A stretch of 64,000 nucleotides of DNA from an uncultured Verrucomicrobiae bacterium (GTDB lineage: Bacteria; Verrucomicrobiota; Verrucomicrobiia; Chthoniobacterales; Chthoniobacteraceae). Location of the stretch: positions 256,001 to 320,000 of the forward strand of contig CAVYKI010000003.1 in the NCBI GenBank assembly GCA_963769025.1, written 5' to 3'. The translations under genes and the position numbers were made by a program. This document shows, piece by piece, positions 60,362 through 64,000 of the stretch (its first letter is position 1; every line of letters begins with the position of its first letter). The notes under the pieces are model-generated. The model had not been told where the DNA came from. It ran no database searches and saw only the letters and a list, made by a program, of their open reading frames with translations.

Positions 60362-61252
60362 CTACTTCCGCGCCGGACCGCCGACGGCAGGCGCGGGCGA
60401 TTCGTGCGCAGGTTGCGGCTGCTTCTGCAAATCCTCGAGCGTCGTGGCTGCATTCGCCGCTTCCTTCGCCGTGCCAGTTTTCGCGACCGGCCCCTTCTTT
60501 TGCGCGACCGGCTCACGGTGCATCTTCAGGAGCTCGGTCACCGTGACAAATTTGAACCCCTTGGCGATCAGCGCATCGAGCGTCGCGGGCATCGCATCCA
60601 CGGTCGCTTTGTGGATGTCGTGACAGAGGATGATGGATCCCTTTTTCGTCTCCGCGAGGATGATGCTCTCCGTCTTCGCCGGCGAGCGGTGCTTCCAGTC
60701 GAGGCTGTCCACATCCCAGAGGATCGTCTTGTAGTTCCACACCGCGTTCGCCCACGCACGCTGGCGCACCGTGAATCCGCCATACGGCGGGCGCAGCAGA
60801 GTCGGCGTCACACCGGTCGTCTGCTTGATGACGTTGTGCGTGCGGTCGATCTGGTCCTTCACCGCCGCCTCGCTCATCTTCGTCAGCAGCGGGTGATTCC
60901 ACGAGTGGTTCGCGATCTCATGACCTTCCTCGACGATCTGCCGCGCAATTTCCGGGTTTTGCGCGACGCACTGCCCGACACAAAAGAACGTGGCTTTGAT
61001 GCCCCGATCCTTCAGCATTTTCAAAAGGCGCGGCGTCTGCACGTCCTGCGGACCGTCGTCAAAAGTGATCGCAATGTACGGCCCCTCGACATGGCAGTCG
61101 GTGAACGTGATCCTCGCCTGTCCCATGCCGGGTTCCGGCGACGGAGCGACCGGCTGGCCGTATCCGGCGTCGGGGGCGGTCCCCAGGTTTGATTCCGCGG
61201 CGCACGCGGTGAGGCTGCACACGAGGAGCGAAAGAAAAATGGAGCGAAGCAT
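60362..61252 (-). CDS. Polysaccharide deacetylase lipoprotein (NodB/CE4)
   Basis: Lipobox LTAC, TFDDGP, HSWNH, RPPYG and LCHD. Confidence 0.92.
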   Translation of the reverse strand: MLRSIFLSLLVCSLTACAAESNLGTAPDAGYGQPVAPSPEPGMGQARITFTDCHVEGPYIAITFDDGPQDVQTPRLLKMLKDRGIKATFFCVGQCVAQNPEIARQIVEEGHEIANHSWNHPLLTKMSEAAVKDQIDRTHNVIKQTTGVTPTLLRPPYGGFTVRQRAWANAVWNYKTILWDVDSLDWKHRSPAKTESIILAETKKGSIILCHDIHKATVDAMPATLDALIAKGFKFVTVTELLKMHREPVAQKKGPVAKTGTAKEAANAATTLEDLQKQPQPAHESPAPAVGGPARK

Positions 61253-61312
61253 CGTGGAGACGAAGGGAACCCGTTCGCGAAGGATTCCGCAAGCCCGCAA
61301 CTGCCCGGGCCT

Positions 61313-62656
61313 TCACACCGCAAACGTCAGGCGCACCTTTGGAAAATCGTACTCATCACGGCCCGTGAACTCCACGCGAACTTGGTCACCGGTGTCGCTC
61401 ACATTCACCGAGCCGAAACATCCCTCGCCCGGCTCCGGGACGTGGAAGCCGGCACTGTACGGCCCGCCCTTGTACCTGCCATTCTGGTCCAGCGCCGAGC
61501 CGTGCAGCACCGGGATGCGCAGGCCGCCGGCGTCCGAGTAATCGCTGTTCGTCCCGTCATCCGCCGCAAGCATGTGCGCGTCGCCGCAGAGGATCACGAG
61601 ATTCCGGATTCCGTTTTCCGCGATGAAGTTTGCGATCTCCTTCCTCTCGGCGGCGTAACTTTCCCACCCGTCCCCGTCCCCCGCTCCGCCGATCCATGGC
61701 ACGCTGCTCGCCCAGAAAATTACCGCGTGCGACCGCGACGACCCGGCAAGTTCGCGCTTGAGCCATTCCTTTTGCGAAACGCCCAGCATCGTCTTCGCAG
61801 AACCATCGGGCACCGTCGCCGGCGAGCGCGCGCTGCGGAGATCCGTCATGATGAACCGGGCGCGGCCGACGCTGAATGCCTGATAAATCAAAGCGTCCCC
61901 GTCGCCCGCCGGCAGCGGATAATGCGGCGCATACTCCCGGTAAACCCGCCTGGCCGCCGCGCGCGACGGTGAGCGCCCATCCGCGTCGTTCGGGCCGAAA
62001 TCGTGATCGTCCCAAACGTACGCCAGTGGCACCGAACGGTAGAGCGCGCCCTGCGTGGCCGATGCGAGCACCGTGTCCCATGAGGCGCGAAAATACCGCG
62101 GATCATCGCGGGAAATATTCACGTAGTGCATGTCCCCGAGGTGCAGAAAAAACGCCGGATCACGCCTGCGGATCGTGTCGAAGACCTCGTGCTCGGATCC
62201 CGTCCGCGCACAGGACCCAAACGCAAACGCGAACGAGGCGGCATCCCCCGGCGCCGGGAAAGTGCGGAACGTCGCGGGCGGGTACGTCGCAGGCCTGCCA
62301 TCCACCTCGAGCGAGCACGTGTAGCGCGTCGTCACCGCAAGGCCGCGCAGCCGGAACATCCGCACGGTCCCCGAAGGTCCCGAGAGCGGCTCTGGCTGGA
62401 AAGCAAACGCTTCCCCACCCTGCGCACTCACGAGCAGGCGCGCCTCCGCCTGCGGCGGCAGCTTCGTCTTCAACACGGCGCCCTCGTGCGTCACCGCGCC
62501 AAGCCACATCGTCGGGATCCCTGTCGGCCTGTCCGGCATCCGCATTTCCTCCTGCCCCCATGCGGGCAACACCGCCGCACCGACGCCCGCAATAGTCACC
62601 CGCGCAAACTCCCGCCGGGAAATCGCGCGGATTCGGGAGGAGCGGTGTGGATTCAC
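61313..62656 (-). CDS. PhoD-family alkaline phosphatase with Tat signal
   Basis: SRREF Tat motif; FGSC, HLGD, WDDHD, DLRS and GDAH. Confidence 0.88.
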   Translation of the reverse strand: MNPHRSSRIRAISRREFARVTIAGVGAAVLPAWGQEEMRMPDRPTGIPTMWLGAVTHEGAVLKTKLPPQAEARLLVSAQGGEAFAFQPEPLSGPSGTVRMFRLRGLAVTTRYTCSLEVDGRPATYPPATFRTFPAPGDAASFAFAFGSCARTGSEHEVFDTIRRRDPAFFLHLGDMHYVNISRDDPRYFRASWDTVLASATQGALYRSVPLAYVWDDHDFGPNDADGRSPSRAAARRVYREYAPHYPLPAGDGDALIYQAFSVGRARFIMTDLRSARSPATVPDGSAKTMLGVSQKEWLKRELAGSSRSHAVIFWASSVPWIGGAGDGDGWESYAAERKEIANFIAENGIRNLVILCGDAHMLAADDGTNSDYSDAGGLRIPVLHGSALDQNGRYKGGPYSAGFHVPEPGEGCFGSVNVSDTGDQVRVEFTGRDEYDFPKVRLTFAV

Positions 62657-62727
62657 ATCGCGAGCCTTCGGACGACGCCCTCCCCTGTCAAGCCAAGCAC
62701 CGGCTGTTCATCCACTCCCGGGAGGAG

Positions 62728-62804
62728 TGGTCGGGGCGACAGGATTCGAACCTGCGACCTCTTGGTCCCAAACCAAGCGCTCTACCAAGCTAAGCTACGC
62801 CCCG
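62728..62804 (-). tRNA. tRNA-Pro(TGG)
   Basis: CGGGGCG...CGCCCCGACCA, anticodon arm CTTGG-TTTGGGA-CCAAG, GGTTCGAATCC. Confidence 0.97.
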
Positions 62805-63181
62805 ATTTCACACGCATCCGACGCCAAGAGACGAAAAACAGACTGAAAAAACTCCCGTTCTCCACCTTTGCAGGCATCGGCGATTGGAGGGCACTATGCC
62901 CGCGACGAGGTGCGCCGCAAGGACATTCGCCGCAGCATGGAGACATCCGACCCACGCAAACGCAGCGAGGTCGCGCAACAGAGCGTCTGCAGCCGGACTC
63001 CTCCCTTTCGCGATCCGCGGAGCTGGAATGGTGAGCGCGTGCCCTTGAATCTGGACGCGTGATTTCATCGCATGGTGCCCACTGCCTTTCGGCAAACCGC
63101 AGGACGCGTCCGGGCGCGCGATCTTGTCCGACCCGGACTCTCGGACCGACGTGGATGATTTTGTGACACGCGCCTGTGTCG

Positions 63182-63613
63182 TCAGACGTCGATGATCGGC
63201 CCGCCGCCGTCGTCATTTCGTTTTGGCGGCTTGTTACGATGGACCATGACGCGGGTATTTCCGCTGCCGGTTACAGCGTGGAGCACGAGTGAGATGATTC
63301 CGATCCCCAAGGCGCCCCAAAAGGCCGCGCCGAAAGTGTCCACGTGGAAATCACGCACGAGGCTGCCGACCCAGTAGAGCAGCACCGCGTTGATCACGAG
63401 GATGAAGAAGCCGAGGGTGAAAAACAGCAGGGGCAGCGACAGGACCAGCAGGAGCGGACGCAGGACTGCGTTGAGAATGCCGAGGACGAGCGTCGCGACG
63501 ATCAACCCGGTAATCGTGTCGTAGTGGATGCCGCGGACGATCTGGGCGACGAGCAGCACGGCGATCGTGTTTATGAGCCAGCTCTGCAGGAATTTTTTGA
63601 CCGCGGGGGACAT
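63182..63613 (-). CDS. YvlD/phage_holin_4_2-family membrane protein
   Basis: LGILNAVLRPLL...TLGFF..VINA and F.V..FGAAFWGAL. Confidence 0.85.
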   Translation of the reverse strand: MSPAVKKFLQSWLINTIAVLLVAQIVRGIHYDTITGLIVATLVLGILNAVLRPLLLVLSLPLLFFTLGFFILVINAVLLYWVGSLVRDFHVDTFGAAFWGALGIGIISLVLHAVTGSGNTRVMVHRNKPPKRNDDGGGPIIDV

Positions 63614-63714
63614 TCTACTTCCGGCGACAGTCGTGCATGGGTCCGGTCGGGGTCAAAATCGAATTCAAGCTTTTGAACGAATGCGGGATTGGGACACCGC
63701 ACCCCCAGGCGCCG

Positions 63715-64000
63715 TCAGTGATAAGCCTCAATCGGCTCCGCGCCGATGGTGCCGCGCAGCGTGTCCAAGTAGCCGGGGGATTCCACATCCTCCAAGGTTT
63801 TCCGGGCGCGGTCCAATCGGGCGGCGATATCGAGCCGCCTCGCTTCGTCGGCGTGGCTGGTGCGCTTCATGAATCGGTCGAGGTAATCCACATGGCGGTG
63901 CCAGAGCTTGCGGTCGATGCCCTGCTTCGCCGTCAGCCGCGCGGCATACCAGTCGCTCGCCAGAAGGTGCTCGCGGGTGAACAGCTCGCGCACTTCCGGA
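63715..64000 (-). CDS. C-terminal end of a large protein, possibly PPi-type PEP carboxykinase (partial)
   Basis: FTREHLLASDWYAARL..KQ...YL..LRGTIGA resembles that family's C-terminus from memory; not verified. Confidence 0.45.
   Translation of the reverse strand, partial: PEVRELFTREHLLASDWYAARLTAKQGIDRKLWHRHVDYLDRFMKRTSHADEARRLDIAARLDRARKTLEDVESPGYLDTLRGTIGAEPIEAYH

Noticed and set aside
63182..63613. Prophage implied by a holin-family gene near tRNA-Pro
   Set aside because: YvlD-type proteins are common chromosomal membrane proteins; no integrase, phage genes or att repeat seen

Overview
GC-rich bacterial chromosomal window. Gene content (PVC-type CxxCH heme protein, sulfatase, Pro-rich proteins, style of the repeats) suggests Verrucomicrobiota; this is inference. 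It is mostly housekeeping: tRNA-Ser, pyrH-frr, cutA-mnmA-gmd, tig-clpP-clpX, rpoA-rplQ, sufS-sufU, sod, uvrA, tricorn protease, miaA, trxA, dynamin-like GTPase, PhoD and tRNA-Pro. Many essential genes carry single-base frameshifts, which points to uncorrected sequencing indels rather than real pseudogenes. The accessory zone at about 16.2-24.7 kb is the most interesting part, with two systems. (1) A complete IS110-family element (22936-24186, minus strand). Its upstream non-coding region can be read as a bridge RNA: target guides match both insertion flanks, donor guides match the element's own ends, a promoter forms at the circle junction, and the target is a REP-like palindrome. (2) A large repeat-rich secreted protein with a low-GC C-terminal Cys/His papain-like (NlpC/P60/CHAP-like) domain, followed by two low-GC putative immunity genes, i.e. 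a candidate polymorphic toxin locus. No CRISPR array or rRNA was seen. Family calls come from motif recognition, not database searches.
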